A stretch of 64,000 bases of DNA from a virus. A program made the translations under genes and the position numbers. Positions within the stretch are counted from its first letter, which is position 1, and every line of letters begins with the position of its first letter. The stretch lies in the IMG/VR virus record IMGVR_UViG_3300030106_006270, positions 31,891 through 95,890 of that record. One strand, 5' to 3'. The notes beneath the pieces were generated by a model. That model was not told the DNA's origin and did not search any database. It saw only the letters and a program-made list of their open reading frames with translations. Shown one piece after another: positions 44,744 to 55,420 of this stretch.

Positions 44744-46170
44744 ATTATCCCCTCATAATCTCGTAGTATTTTATGTGCCGTTTTGGGAATAACGACATCT
44801 TTTTTGTGTCCTATATACTTAACAACCTTTATCAATCCAGCCTCTATGAATTCATCAACAGCCTTCATCACACTGTTTGGAAATAATCCATAGTCATCGA
44901 AAATAAGTAATGGTTTGTAAAAGTAATTTATAGCATTTTCTATGTCTCTTCTAACATATGGATAATCATGCACACAATCTATAAAAACCACTTGATGATT
45001 TTTATCGAAATCCCAAACTGTTCCATAAACATCTTTTACTACAAAATCTATATTTGTTTTATTCTGACTAAATTGTCTAGCAGAGTGTATTCTGGCAGGA
45101 TCGAAGTCAACGGCAGTAACCTTATTGAAGTAACCACTGAGGACATGAGATGTGTATCCTAAAGAACATCCTATTTCTACTACATTTTTGTCTCTAAAAT
45201 TATCTCCTAAGAAATCTATCAAGTCTGCTTTAAATTTTAATGTAGTGGTTGTTTTAGATTCAAACTTATCTGGTGAACGCATAAGGTGTTGTCTTTTGTA
45301 CTCATCATCCATATAAACTTCACCACGAACAAAGTTATGAGCAATTGGAAATTGTCTCTGTACGGTGTAAACATCTGAATACCTAGTCACTATTTGTGTT
45401 GTTCCGCATTGATTACCTACGTTATACTTAGCTTTAGACTTTATGTAAAGTTGAACCCTAATAGGCATATGTCTCATATCTAATGCTTTGTCAATATAAT
45501 CAAACTCTGTCTGTTCAATCGGTTTTTCTGTCCAATAAAAGTGTTTCAATTCTTTATCTATTTTTTCGATTATAAGCTTATCCATAGTATAATCATATCT
45601 GTCTGATATTAATAAACAACCAAATTCATTTTCACCAATATATTCTTTTATTATATCATCACCTAATTTCTTTTCTTCATCAGACCAATACATCTCAGGC
45701 TGAGAGTCTTCATAGTCTTTTTCATCGAACTGCCAGAACTTTAACATTTGTTCTACAAGAGGAACATTCAAATCATCATTGTCATAAATTCTGTAGTGGT
45801 CATGGAATATTTCACCATCATATTCGTCTACAAAATCATCGACAAAAGGATTGTTTTTGAATACAGTTTCGACATTATGAAACTTACTGTTCCAAGGATT
45901 TAAATCGGGATGGTATTTAGTAAATAATTTTTCTAAAAGATTAACTGATGGAACATATACTTTACAATCAGGATACTTTTCTTTCAATAATCTTGGCATT
46001 GATGATATAATTCCCCAATCACCAATACCATGCGCTGTTCTCATAACCATAAACTCTTTTCTTTCTAAATATTCATCAGGTATAACAAGACCATCAGACT
46101 TTTCAAAACCAAGAGTATCTGTTTCCTCAACATCATAAACATTATTATCGACTATTCTCCAAAATATCAT
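44728..46170 (-). CDS. Fusion: GT9-like N-terminal domain + class I methyltransferase
   Basis: GIGDWG..SSMPRLLKEKYPD and NNPFVD; C-terminal EIGCSLG, FIDCVHDY, FDDY. Confidence 0.7.
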   Translation of the reverse strand: MIFWRIVDNNVYDVEETDTLGFEKSDGLVIPDEYLERKEFMVMRTAHGIGDWGIISSMPRLLKEKYPDCKVYVPSVNLLEKLFTKYHPDLNPWNSKFHNVETVFKNNPFVDDFVDEYDGEIFHDHYRIYDNDDLNVPLVEQMLKFWQFDEKDYEDSQPEMYWSDEEKKLGDDIIKEYIGENEFGCLLISDRYDYTMDKLIIEKIDKELKHFYWTEKPIEQTEFDYIDKALDMRHMPIRVQLYIKSKAKYNVGNQCGTTQIVTRYSDVYTVQRQFPIAHNFVRGEVYMDDEYKRQHLMRSPDKFESKTTTTLKFKADLIDFLGDNFRDKNVVEIGCSLGYTSHVLSGYFNKVTAVDFDPARIHSARQFSQNKTNIDFVVKDVYGTVWDFDKNHQVVFIDCVHDYPYVRRDIENAINYFYKPLLIFDDYGLFPNSVMKAVDEFIEAGLIKVVKYIGHKKDVVIPKTAHKILRDYEGIICQTV

Positions 46171-46829
46171 AATCCCCTCCGAACATTCATTTCTCTACTA
46201 AAATTTTGATTATAAAACATATTCTGTTCTTCCTGCCTTTCTATAGTTTTTGGATGATACAAACTTAACTCCTCATGAGGTGGCAAATGTGAGTAAGTTT
46301 TGTAACCTCTAATCACTTCATGTAATGGTCTTTCCCATCTAATTTTCTCATCATTTTTAAATACACGAGCTTGATAGTCGGGGTAATTAACCCATCCCTT
46401 TTCTGTAACTTTCCAACCCCACTTTTTAATATGTTCATCTTTCATGCCATCAATTGTATTTACCCTCGGTATCCAAACCAAATCAACATCATTAATAGTT
46501 AGTATTTGTTTGAGTTGATTTATTAATATTTCATTTGGATACTCATCCGCATCAATGTGAAAAACATAATCACCTATGGAGTTTTCTATGACTGAATTCT
46601 TTTGAGAAGCAAAGTCTTTATTGAGTTCTCTCTGATAAACTTTCATAACTCTAGAGTCATCGTAAAACTTTTTGGAGTATATATCTAGCTCAAATCTTAC
46701 AGCATCATCTTCACCATCAACACAAACTACAATCTCATCATTGTCATCTATGTTTTTATACAATACATCTAATAGCCTCTTCAGTTCTTCAGCCTCTTTG
46801 TGGACTGTGATACCATAACTAATTATCAT
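46167..46829 (-). CDS. GT2-family glycosyltransferase
   Basis: DFASQKN; IDADE; PDYQAR; LHE. Confidence 0.88.
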   Translation of the reverse strand: MIISYGITVHKEAEELKRLLDVLYKNIDDNDEIVVCVDGEDDAVRFELDIYSKKFYDDSRVMKVYQRELNKDFASQKNSVIENSIGDYVFHIDADEYPNEILINQLKQILTINDVDLVWIPRVNTIDGMKDEHIKKWGWKVTEKGWVNYPDYQARVFKNDEKIRWERPLHEVIRGYKTYSHLPPHEELSLYHPKTIERQEEQNMFYNQNFSREMNVRRGL

Positions 46830-47262
46830 CTAATAACATCTCTTTATATTTTTCTGGCAATCGTAAATCCTCTAAAAAAACTCCACTACGACTGGCCTTT
46901 TCATAAGCAAAACTTCTATACATTCCAAACTTTTTAATAAAAGACCTAAGTCTTTTATATATTTCTTGACTCTTATCTTGAAGTTCAACTCTATATATAT
47001 TTTTATCTTTATTAACAGATTCCACTACACCTGAATCGGTAAGTATTTCAGTGATTACTCGAGAAGACACTACTGATACATTTGATACTTCTAGCTGAAT
47101 ACCATGCAGTAAGAATTTGCTTTTGGCATTTTTGGACTTATTGGCTAGTTTAGGTTCTAATACTAATATCGTTCTTCTTAATCTTCTACCTTCTTTACTC
47201 TTATAGACAAATGAGATAATATCACCACGCTTTACTTTACTCCACGCGTAACCTATTTTCAT
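46819..47262 (-). CDS. Hypothetical protein
   Basis: ORF track. Confidence 0.55.
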   Translation of the reverse strand: MKIGYAWSKVKRGDIISFVYKSKEGRRLRRTILVLEPKLANKSKNAKSKFLLHGIQLEVSNVSVVSSRVITEILTDSGVVESVNKDKNIYRVELQDKSQEIYKRLRSFIKKFGMYRSFAYEKASRSGVFLEDLRLPEKYKEMLLDDN

Positions 47263-47729
47263 CAGAGAATAACCTTAGTATCGTCATCAACCATTATTCC
47301 CATAGCCTTACAAGCATCTAAAAACTCAAACTGGCCAAATACTTCAGGATTTTCTATGTCCAACCTTTTGTCATGTCCTTCGAATTGTTCACGTTCTTCT
47401 TCTGGCACTTCAACGACTTTAGCATAGTTCCAATACCAATCATTTGCTTTACCGTCAGGATATATTATACCTCTTTCACCCATATTAAGAACTGATGGAA
47501 ACCACACAAGACCTCTCTCCTCATCTACTATTTTTAAATCGTTCATCAGTTGTGTATTATTTTCTGTAGCTTTTTCTAAATGTTCACTGTCAACAGCCAT
47601 ATAGGAATTACTAGTCATTCCACAACTGAAACACATATATGACTCAAATGGTTTTTTCTCTATCTCTGTTTTTTCAACAAAACAAATATTTGAATCTAAA
47701 TTACAAGGACAATTAGTTTTCTGTTCCAT
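47262..47729 (-). CDS. Hypothetical protein with Cys pairs
   Basis: CPC and CFSCG. Confidence 0.55.
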   Translation of the reverse strand: MEQKTNCPCNLDSNICFVEKTEIEKKPFESYMCFSCGMTSNSYMAVDSEHLEKATENNTQLMNDLKIVDEERGLVWFPSVLNMGERGIIYPDGKANDWYWNYAKVVEVPEEEREQFEGHDKRLDIENPEVFGQFEFLDACKAMGIMVDDDTKVIL

Positions 47730-49063
47730 TATTTCACCTTTTTAAGTTTAGGTAATTCCATTTTCTTTGGAGTAGTGCTCGAAACTTTCTTCAACTTAGG
47801 AAGTTTTAGCTCAACGGGTTGTGGCATACTCTCAAACTTTGGTAGGTAATTATCTAATATTTTTTCAAATTTATTATTCATACCTTTAAGTGAAAAATTA
47901 CCTCTGTTCGATATACCTAATCGTTTTGCTGGTAAGGTGTACTGTTTGTAATTCTTAAACACTCGAGTCATCATTTGGGATGCATATTGATAATTTACGG
48001 CAAACCACTTAGCACCTTCTTGTAACATTTCTTTTGGTATTGCAGATGAATGTACATCTATTAAAGTACCTGGTAAGAGGATAGCGTTTTTAGAATTCAA
48101 AAAATCTCTCTGCCCACTCCAATCAGGTGCAATAATTGGTTTTTCACTCAAAGATGCTTCAAGTAAAGGACGACCAAAACCCTCTCCATGTGTAAAAGTT
48201 ATGTGTGCCTTAACTTTTGGATGATTATATAGTTCATTTATCTCATCATCTGTCATATCACCATGTAATAAATAAACATTAGGTAAATCTCCTTTTATAG
48301 TTTCTTTAATTTCTTTAATTTTTCCAAGTATAGTTCTTCTATCAATAACAGAGAAAGTAGCACCACTTGTTTTCATAAGTAATGCTGGTTTATTTTTCTT
48401 ATTTTTAAATGTTTCTAAAAATGTTTTCACTAACATACCAGTGTCTTTTCTGTCCTGACCTAAATTTCCTTGTAACCAATGACCCGTATATAAAAACACA
48501 AACTTTTCAGGTATGTTTTCCATCTCATCTACAAGTTCTTTTGAAAACTCCTTTGTTTTTTTATAGATGTCTGTATCAGCACCCTCAAACAATACTTCCA
48601 TAGGTTTATTCATTTTTACAATTCCTACGCTCTGTCCTTTATCATCCACTTGGTCATAGACAACACCAGAAAAAACATCTTTTACAAATTCAGAAACTGC
48701 TATGTTTAAATCCATCCTATTCAAACCATCAACCCATTCTGGTTTTGGAGCGGTATTTTCAATACCAGCTGTCACTCCAATATTGTACTTACCTATTGGT
48801 GTGAATTCATTTGGAACTGATACTTGAATATGAACATCAGGTTGTCTTGGTAAACTGTTTTCTTTAAGTAATCTGTCAATGATTAACTTATCCTTTGGAT
48901 TTTGTATGTTTAGAGCATTCATTGGTGTATTACCCCACCTTAAAGAATTAATATGAATGTCAAATCTATCCATAGCTATCAAAGCCCAAATTAAATCTCT
49001 AGTGTGTGCTCCGTAACCACTTCTTGTTGCTGGTGGTCCTGTAACTAATAGTAATGGTTTCAT
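47729..49063 (-). CDS. GT4-like glycosyltransferase
   Basis: TRSGYG; GEGFGRPLLEA; WSGQ. Confidence 0.88.
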   Translation of the reverse strand: MKPLLLVTGPPATRSGYGAHTRDLIWALIAMDRFDIHINSLRWGNTPMNALNIQNPKDKLIIDRLLKENSLPRQPDVHIQVSVPNEFTPIGKYNIGVTAGIENTAPKPEWVDGLNRMDLNIAVSEFVKDVFSGVVYDQVDDKGQSVGIVKMNKPMEVLFEGADTDIYKKTKEFSKELVDEMENIPEKFVFLYTGHWLQGNLGQDRKDTGMLVKTFLETFKNKKNKPALLMKTSGATFSVIDRRTILGKIKEIKETIKGDLPNVYLLHGDMTDDEINELYNHPKVKAHITFTHGEGFGRPLLEASLSEKPIIAPDWSGQRDFLNSKNAILLPGTLIDVHSSAIPKEMLQEGAKWFAVNYQYASQMMTRVFKNYKQYTLPAKRLGISNRGNFSLKGMNNKFEKILDNYLPKFESMPQPVELKLPKLKKVSSTTPKKMELPKLKKVK

Positions 49064-49071
49064 TCTATCTC

Positions 49072-50466
49072 CTATCCTTCAAAAATTGTGTATCGTTTTC
49101 TTGGTTCCCACTTTTCAAAAGCAGTATCCATATGGTTAATGAAATTCTGACACATAGCTTTAGCAGACATCATGGCATCATCACCCATTACAAATTCATG
49201 CCCTAACATTCCACATCTATCTCTTTCTTCTTTACCCATATCATACCACTCTTTTAGAACATCAGCAAAATCTTCGAATCTTGGTCTATCATCAAAGATA
49301 TATGGTGTTGGTATTGAACCTTGTAAACTACGATTAGATGGCCAAACAGGTTTACACCACTCACCCCAAGTCAAATCGGAATTGTTTTTCCACTTTTTCT
49401 CATCGTGCAGTGAGTGAACCCAACTGTAATCATCGGCAGTAAGTAACTTATCCTTATACCTAAACCCACATTGGTCTTGTAATCCACCTGTAACATTCAC
49501 TGATACTGGCGTGCCACACATTAGTGCTTCACAAGTCCCTAATCCAAACCCCTCATTGGAAGCCATATTGATTTGTACATCAGCCATATTGTACAGATAA
49601 TTAAGATGTTTAGGTGCTAATTTCTTATGTGAAAATATTACATCATAATCAGGACAGACAGCCTCAACTACTGCTGGTAAGTCTGTTCCATTAGTATCTT
49701 TTGGTTGAGTGTGCATTACCAATGCACATCTTTTTGCTTTATCTTTAGGTAGCATATCGCAAAATGTTTTGTATGCCATTATAACATCACCGGGCAGTTT
49801 TCTTCTAATATTTCTATTGTTCCAAAATACTATGAAATCGTAATCTTCTCTTTCTTGAGTCACAGTTCTTTTGAATTGAAGTAAATCACCCCATTCTTTA
49901 TCAGATTTTTTAATAGGATAAAAGGAATTCTCATCTATGCCATGCGGAACATAAGTATTATTCCATTCATTAGTTGGAACGTCTCTACGAACATTAGTGA
50001 CTATATTATGAGTTTGCTTTGAGATGTTCATAATTAAATCACAACTTTCATAAAAGGGTTCATTCCACATAGGATAAGGTAAGTCATCCCATATATTGTA
50101 ATAAAATATTGGTATCTCTTGCCGCACCTCATGCTCTATTTGATATAGAAACTCCCAAAATCTTGGGTCTGTGTAGTGAAGTATGGCATCTGGTTTCTCT
50201 GTAGCCATCAAATGTCTGACTATTTCTGCACTTCCATAACCACTTGTAGGAACAATTTTTAAGTATGCGTGTTCAATGCCAGTTTCTTTACGAACTGAAT
50301 CATTCATATCTATAAACTTACCTTCGTCAGGATGTTTGATAGCACCACCAACTTGAACCCACTCATAATGATGAAGTGTTCCCATCACTATTTCTCTGGA
50401 CATTGTTCCAACACCTGATGACATTCTTAAATCATCGGATAACAACAATATTTTCTTTTTATCCAT
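49072..50466 (-). CDS. GT4-like glycosyltransferase
   Basis: SGVG; VPHG; NRNIRRK; NEGFGLGTCEA; TGGLQDQ. Confidence 0.88.
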   Translation of the reverse strand: MDKKKILLLSDDLRMSSGVGTMSREIVMGTLHHYEWVQVGGAIKHPDEGKFIDMNDSVRKETGIEHAYLKIVPTSGYGSAEIVRHLMATEKPDAILHYTDPRFWEFLYQIEHEVRQEIPIFYYNIWDDLPYPMWNEPFYESCDLIMNISKQTHNIVTNVRRDVPTNEWNNTYVPHGIDENSFYPIKKSDKEWGDLLQFKRTVTQEREDYDFIVFWNNRNIRRKLPGDVIMAYKTFCDMLPKDKAKRCALVMHTQPKDTNGTDLPAVVEAVCPDYDVIFSHKKLAPKHLNYLYNMADVQINMASNEGFGLGTCEALMCGTPVSVNVTGGLQDQCGFRYKDKLLTADDYSWVHSLHDEKKWKNNSDLTWGEWCKPVWPSNRSLQGSIPTPYIFDDRPRFEDFADVLKEWYDMGKEERDRCGMLGHEFVMGDDAMMSAKAMCQNFINHMDTAFEKWEPRKRYTIFEG

Positions 50467-50586
50467 TTAAAACTCTCTTCTTTTTATCTTTATCAGAAGA
50501 TATTTTACTTTCTATTATTGATATTTTCTTTTCTATGGTGATTAGAAGATTCACCATTTGGTTTAAAACTTTTTCTAAATCTGAAT

Positions 50587-50796
50587 TCATAATGCACTCC
50601 CACTTGGTTTTAAATTTTGCCATTCATTAATTTGATTTCTAAATTCTTCATCGTGAACATATAAATCCATTGAACGATTTACTAATTTTTGTAATGTAAA
50701 GCTATCATCTAAATTATATATTTTGAATTTTTTATAGAGATTGTCCAATAACTTTACGGATGTCAGTTTCAACATACTTTTCCTCCGTATATACAT
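50587..50796 (-). CDS. Small putative ribbon-helix-helix DNA-binding protein
   Basis: KLTSVKL beta strand followed by two helices. Confidence 0.5.
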   Translation of the reverse strand: MYIRRKSMLKLTSVKLLDNLYKKFKIYNLDDSFTLQKLVNRSMDLYVHDEEFRNQINEWQNLKPSGSAL

Positions 50797-50812
50797 ATAT
50801 AAATATATAAAA

Positions 50813-51220
50813 CTAATTTATTATTACATATTTTTTTTCTTTTTTATGAGCTTCTTTAAGAGCTGAGTTTGTTCCTTTAGATATAGTTCCTTTAGGGATA
50901 AATGCAACCATTACATCAGTGTATTCTACCATTTCTTTATTACGATTGTGGTAGTGCCAAACGGCATAGGGTTTACCATACTTATAACTTTCCAATACAC
51001 AGTGTTGATTATACTGATAATGAGCTGGTGGGAACTCAGAATAGTTTACATCAAATTCTAAAGCATATTTTTTAGCGTAGCCATCAGCACCTTGTTTTTG
51101 TCCACCACTTACTATCTCAAGTTGTTCACCATACTTTTCTTTGAGTTTGAATATAAATTCTTGTATTCGTCTTTTATCAGTGTATTTTCTACTTCCTACT
51201 ATCGCTACTCTCATAGTCAT
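50813..51220 (-). CDS. SLOG-superfamily protein (DUF2493/YspA-like)
   Basis: AIVGSR; IVSGG...GAD; RNKEMV; SKGT. Confidence 0.85.
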   Translation of the reverse strand: MTMRVAIVGSRKYTDKRRIQEFIFKLKEKYGEQLEIVSGGQKQGADGYAKKYALEFDVNYSEFPPAHYQYNQHCVLESYKYGKPYAVWHYHNRNKEMVEYTDVMVAFIPKGTISKGTNSALKEAHKKEKKYVIIN

Positions 51221-51620
51221 TCCTTTTCTGTCTTTTAGGTGGCTTTTCTGATGTACAAAATTTAGCGCAACTATGGTATTCTTCTAAACCTTTCAGTATA
51301 TCCTTTTTATCATTGTATACATACCGAAACCTAAGTCTATTAGTATTGGTGTCATTACTTGCATCAATTATATCAAACCAAATAAAATCATTACTTTTCA
51401 GCTCAGAACCGATGATTATATTCGTTTTAAAATATAATCTACTCTCATATTTTTCAATAAACTGCTTAATATCAGTTGGATTCAGTGCTCCATCTTCATA
51501 CCATAAGGTAAGATAATACTTAACATGATCTCTATGTATATCACCAAGTTTTTCTATTACCTGTTCTTCAAACGGCTTATTTAAAAAATGAGACAAATTC
51601 ATTCTAAGATTTACTTTCAT
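51189..51620 (-). CDS. Hypothetical protein
   Basis: ORF track. Confidence 0.55.
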   Translation of the reverse strand: MKVNLRMNLSHFLNKPFEEQVIEKLGDIHRDHVKYYLTLWYEDGALNPTDIKQFIEKYESRLYFKTNIIIGSELKSNDFIWFDIIDASNDTNTNRLRFRYVYNDKKDILKGLEEYHSCAKFCTSEKPPKRQKRNDYESSDSRK

Positions 51621-52495
51621 TACTTTACTCCTGCGTCACAATGTTCTGTCTGATTGAAATCACAAAATCTACAGTTCTTTTTAGATGCTTCTTTTCTATA
51701 AATATGTTCAATATTATATTCTCCATCAGAAGTAAAGCATTCTTTCAAAAATACATCCAATCTACTAACTACTTTATTTATAGATGGTTTACCATTTGCT
51801 GGTACAAACTTTTGTACTCTTTTTTGTGGAAAGTCTAAGTTTTCATATAACTTTCTTTTTACTATAAAATATTCAACTTCTATTTTATCTATGGGATGGT
51901 TAAACTGTTTGGAGTAAAATTGTTTGTAGAGTAATAGTTGGTCAGTTTTGTTCTTATCAGCCTTCATATACTTGTTCCAACCCATAGTAGAGGTTTTGAT
52001 ATCGTAAATTTTGATTACATCTCTCACCGTGTCTCTAATTACGATGTCGATAAAGCCGACAAATTTTATACCGCTTGGCAAATCATAATTTAGTGGCACT
52101 TCTATACCAATCAATTCATAACCTTTCTTACTAAAGTACTGACCTCTTTTCTTTCTGATAAATTTGAGTATCTCTATACCTTGTGTATAAAACTCTACCA
52201 TGTCGCTTTCAGTACAAAACATCTCACCACCATTTGCTTTAACAATCTGTTCAAAGTTACGTTTCATTCTAGTCCGTAACATATCTTCTAGTGGTAACTG
52301 TTCTGCTAGTTTAGCAGTATCATTATACATCACTGTGAGAAAAGTTTGTATTACTTCGTGCATCGAAGTACCAAACATTGTGTGAATACTGTCTGAGTAT
52401 TCTCTGATACCATCAACGTAAGAAGTCTTCCATCTATGTGGACACTGAGACCACATCGAATATTGACTATAGCTTATTTTTTTCAATCCATCCAC
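51620..52495 (-). CDS. PD-(D/E)XK Cas4/AddB-like exonuclease
   Basis: SYSQ...CP; GTSMH; E...GFID...YDIKT; QLLLY; CRFCDF...C. Confidence 0.88.
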   Translation of the reverse strand: MDGLKKISYSQYSMWSQCPHRWKTSYVDGIREYSDSIHTMFGTSMHEVIQTFLTVMYNDTAKLAEQLPLEDMLRTRMKRNFEQIVKANGGEMFCTESDMVEFYTQGIEILKFIRKKRGQYFSKKGYELIGIEVPLNYDLPSGIKFVGFIDIVIRDTVRDVIKIYDIKTSTMGWNKYMKADKNKTDQLLLYKQFYSKQFNHPIDKIEVEYFIVKRKLYENLDFPQKRVQKFVPANGKPSINKVVSRLDVFLKECFTSDGEYNIEHIYRKEASKKNCRFCDFNQTEHCDAGVK

Positions 52496-52749
52496 CTACC
52501 GTGCTTTATCAAATGCCATAACTTATGAGTAAACCTTTCCCACAACAAACCAATCAATGTATCTGATTCATAAGTTCCAGCCTTACACTCATACTTATAC
52601 ACTCCATTTGTTGTCATCTTCATATTCCTCACTTCTTTTAGTCACACCTTCATACAACCATTTTATATACCAACGTACTCTAGCCCCAAGTTCCATATCA
52701 TTTGGATATTTATCTACCATTTCTTTAATTATTTTTCTGACAGACTTCA

Positions 52750-53133
52750 TTACTTTCCCCACTTACCATTTTTTACAATGGTTGCCATAATACCATAATT
52801 ACTAACATCTAAGTAAGCATCTTCCATAGGTTCATCAACGGCAGATTCTCTTTTACTCATTAACATATTTTTCAATCGTTGTATCTTATCATTCATACGA
52901 AACCATAAGCCAGTTAGTGCTAGATGAGTTTCATCTGGTGTTTGCAACATAGTACCGACAGAAATATTACCAGGACCATAATCATGCTGCTTCCTCAGAA
53001 ATAGTTCATACTGTTCTCTTTGTAACCTTTTGAACTCCTTAGTCATCTCAGGCCATTCTTTTTCCATCTGTTCAACGACAGGATGAACATCCTCTGTATA
53101 AGTCACACTTTTAGATTCTTTTATATTCTTCAT
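52750..53133 (-). CDS. DUF1599 / nucleotide-modification-associated domain 1 (Nmad1)-like protein
   Basis: KQHDYG; RMNDKIQRL; EPMEDAYLDVSNYGIM. Confidence 0.8.
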   Translation of the reverse strand: MKNIKESKSVTYTEDVHPVVEQMEKEWPEMTKEFKRLQREQYELFLRKQHDYGPGNISVGTMLQTPDETHLALTGLWFRMNDKIQRLKNMLMSKRESAVDEPMEDAYLDVSNYGIMATIVKNGKWGK

Positions 53134-53156
53134 TATAACACTCCAATTTACATTAA

Positions 53157-53185
53157 AAGCTACGAACTTTTAGGCTGAAAGTCAA
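53157..53185 (-). promoter_or_regulatory. Sigma70-type promoter TTGACT-N17-TAGCTT
   Basis: Conserved six-copy motif overlapping the end of the upstream gene. Confidence 0.8.
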
Positions 53186-53801
53186 GCTTTTTTATTTGTC
53201 TTTTGATTTTTTTACTGAGATAGTAAACATAAATATGTTTTGGTTTTCTCTTCTTCCAAAAAATATTTTCATCACCGGCTTTATACCTACGATTTAATTC
53301 TCTTCCATACGGTCTCTTCAATTGATTTAGAGACCTGCTGTGCATTTCTTTACCATCAACGATTAATACTCTAGCGTCAGCAGTTTCACCTAAGTAATCA
53401 AAGTTAGTTGCTTTGTAAATTGTGCCAGAATGACCATAGTGTTGGTCAGCAAATGAAACTATAACTTCCATATCAGTGTACTTTTTTAACCATTTGAAAG
53501 TCTTTCCAATAAAATAACTTTCGGTATTTTTAGGTGTGTCATCCACACAAACAAGTCTTCTTAGTTCTAAACATTTATTAGGATTAATTGGATTATATTT
53601 TGAAGCAGTAGCTGGCATAGATGGTATAGCGTACATCATAGCACCAATCATTTTAGGTAAACCAAAACTACCCTCACCATATAATCCAAAGTGATACAAA
53701 GATTGCACACCATTGACATTATGAGAATAGTGATATTTTTCAATGAACTGAACTATGGATTTTCTTGGTATTTCTTCAACAGTAAAGTTGGTGACACTCA
53801 T
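53160..53801 (-). CDS. Mom-like (GNAT-fold) DNA modification protein, copy 2
   Basis: KYHYS; LELRRL; NTESYFI; SFADQHYGHSGTIYKATNFDYLG; KHIYVY. Confidence 0.85.
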   Translation of the reverse strand: MSVTNFTVEEIPRKSIVQFIEKYHYSHNVNGVQSLYHFGLYGEGSFGLPKMIGAMMYAIPSMPATASKYNPINPNKCLELRRLVCVDDTPKNTESYFIGKTFKWLKKYTDMEVIVSFADQHYGHSGTIYKATNFDYLGETADARVLIVDGKEMHSRSLNQLKRPYGRELNRRYKAGDENIFWKKRKPKHIYVYYLSKKIKRQIKKLDFQPKSS

Positions 53802-54247
53802 AATCCAATCTTACGACACTCATCCTCTGTTTTACCATACTTAATAAGTATGTCTACTAATTCTGCTTGTCCACCATGCGACAATTCATACATATCTACT
53901 GCCTCACTAGCTTCTCTCATACTACATTGTAGATGCTTAGCAACTATTTCATATACCCATTTTGGATACTTCATCTTTTTATCTCCTTTGATATACTTTA
54001 GCCATTGTCTTTTTTTCGGCAGTATATCTGTGTAAATTTTATAAACCTGTTCTGGCTCTAAAGGATACTTCTGTACCTCATTAACAAACTCTACCCAGTC
54101 CATTTTCATAGATAAGAATCTGTTAACCATATAGTTAGACCACGACTTTTTATCATCATCAGAAATCTCATCCCAATAATTAGGGTTCTGAACATCTGTT
54201 ATCTGTTTGATGTGATCGAATAAACTCTTCTTCTTAACTGTTACCAT
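53798..54247 (-). CDS. Clamp-loader small subunit (T4 gp62-like)
   Basis: LFDHIKQI; YMVNRFLSM; KKRQWLKYIK; replication context. Confidence 0.7.
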   Translation of the reverse strand: MVTVKKKSLFDHIKQITDVQNPNYWDEISDDDKKSWSNYMVNRFLSMKMDWVEFVNEVQKYPLEPEQVYKIYTDILPKKRQWLKYIKGDKKMKYPKWVYEIVAKHLQCSMREASEAVDMYELSHGGQAELVDILIKYGKTEDECRKIGL

Positions 54248-54485
54248 TAACTTCCTTCATTAACTTGTCCGGCACCTTACCACAATTTCCACAACTATAT
54301 ACCTGAATTGGTATAAGTGCTTCTTGTCCTGTTGGAGATACAAGTGGTGAAAGTCTCTTTAGGAAAAATGCTGGAATAAAAACTGTGTTACCACAATCTT
54401 CACATTTCATAGTTTCGGCTTCACTCAAATCAACCTGAACTTGTGTCTTAGGTTTAGGTAATGGCTTTTGTGGTTTCATATTCAT
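54234..54485 (-). CDS. Zinc-ribbon protein
   Basis: CEDC...CGNC. Confidence 0.65.
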   Translation of the reverse strand: MNMKPQKPLPKPKTQVQVDLSEAETMKCEDCGNTVFIPAFFLKRLSPLVSPTGQEALIPIQVYSCGNCGKVPDKLMKEVNGNS

Positions 54486-55420
54486 TTTATTACTCCTAGT
54501 AATTCTATTAACATAGCCATAGCATTTATCTCCTTATCAACTACCTGAGCATCTGACAACTGATATTTAGCTACGGTTAAAATACATTCTGCGATATGCC
54601 CTTTACCATAGTCATCAACCTCATCATAGAGTAAACGAAACAGATCAGCAAAGTCTGATATCTGATTATCAGCCAACATCTTTCTTATAGTTACGAAAGC
54701 ATCTTTTTTACTTTGTGTCTTTAGGACATTTATAATTTGTGAAGAAAATACATTGACATTTAAATCTACCGCTACTAAATTATTTTGGTCTATGGATAGT
54801 TTACCATCCACTACTTGTCTTTGAGCAAAATTTATAACTCTACGAATATCAGGATAACCACCATTAACTAACGTAGCTACATCATCCATCTCAAAAGTAA
54901 CAGTCTCTTCTTTCAGTATACTATTAAGATGTACTGCAACTTCTTTTCTTGATGGTGGCACTATTTGAAATGGTTGGCAACGACTTTGTATTGGGTCTAT
55001 AATTCTCTCCACATAATTACAAGTCAATATGAATCTGGTGTGCTTAGAAAAAGTCTCCATAAGATTACGAAGAGCAGCCTGAGCATTTGGTGTAATGTAA
55101 TCACACTCATCCAATATGATAACCTTCATATCTTTGAATCCAATAGTCGAAGCAAAGTTACGAACCTTATTACGAACTGTATCCACACTATTCTCATCAG
55201 AAGCGTTTATATACAGTTGGTCACACTCTATATTATTAACCAACAATTTTGCTAATGTTGTTTTACCCGTACCAGCTCTTCCATATAAAAGAAGATGTGG
55301 TAAGTCACCATTTTCTAAATACAATTTTATCTTACTTTTTAGATGTTCATTACCTATGTAAGACTCTAATGAATCAGGCCGATACTTCTCAACCCAAAGG
55401 GTATGTTCTAATTTTCCCAT
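54482..55420 (-). CDS. Clamp-loader AAA+ subunit (gp44/RFC-like)
   Basis: WVEKYRP; GRAGTGKTT; INASDE; LDECD; IQSRC. Confidence 0.95.
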   Translation of the reverse strand: MGKLEHTLWVEKYRPDSLESYIGNEHLKSKIKLYLENGDLPHLLLYGRAGTGKTTLAKLLVNNIECDQLYINASDENSVDTVRNKVRNFASTIGFKDMKVIILDECDYITPNAQAALRNLMETFSKHTRFILTCNYVERIIDPIQSRCQPFQIVPPSRKEVAVHLNSILKEETVTFEMDDVATLVNGGYPDIRRVINFAQRQVVDGKLSIDQNNLVAVDLNVNVFSSQIINVLKTQSKKDAFVTIRKMLADNQISDFADLFRLLYDEVDDYGKGHIAECILTVAKYQLSDAQVVDKEINAMAMLIELLGVIK

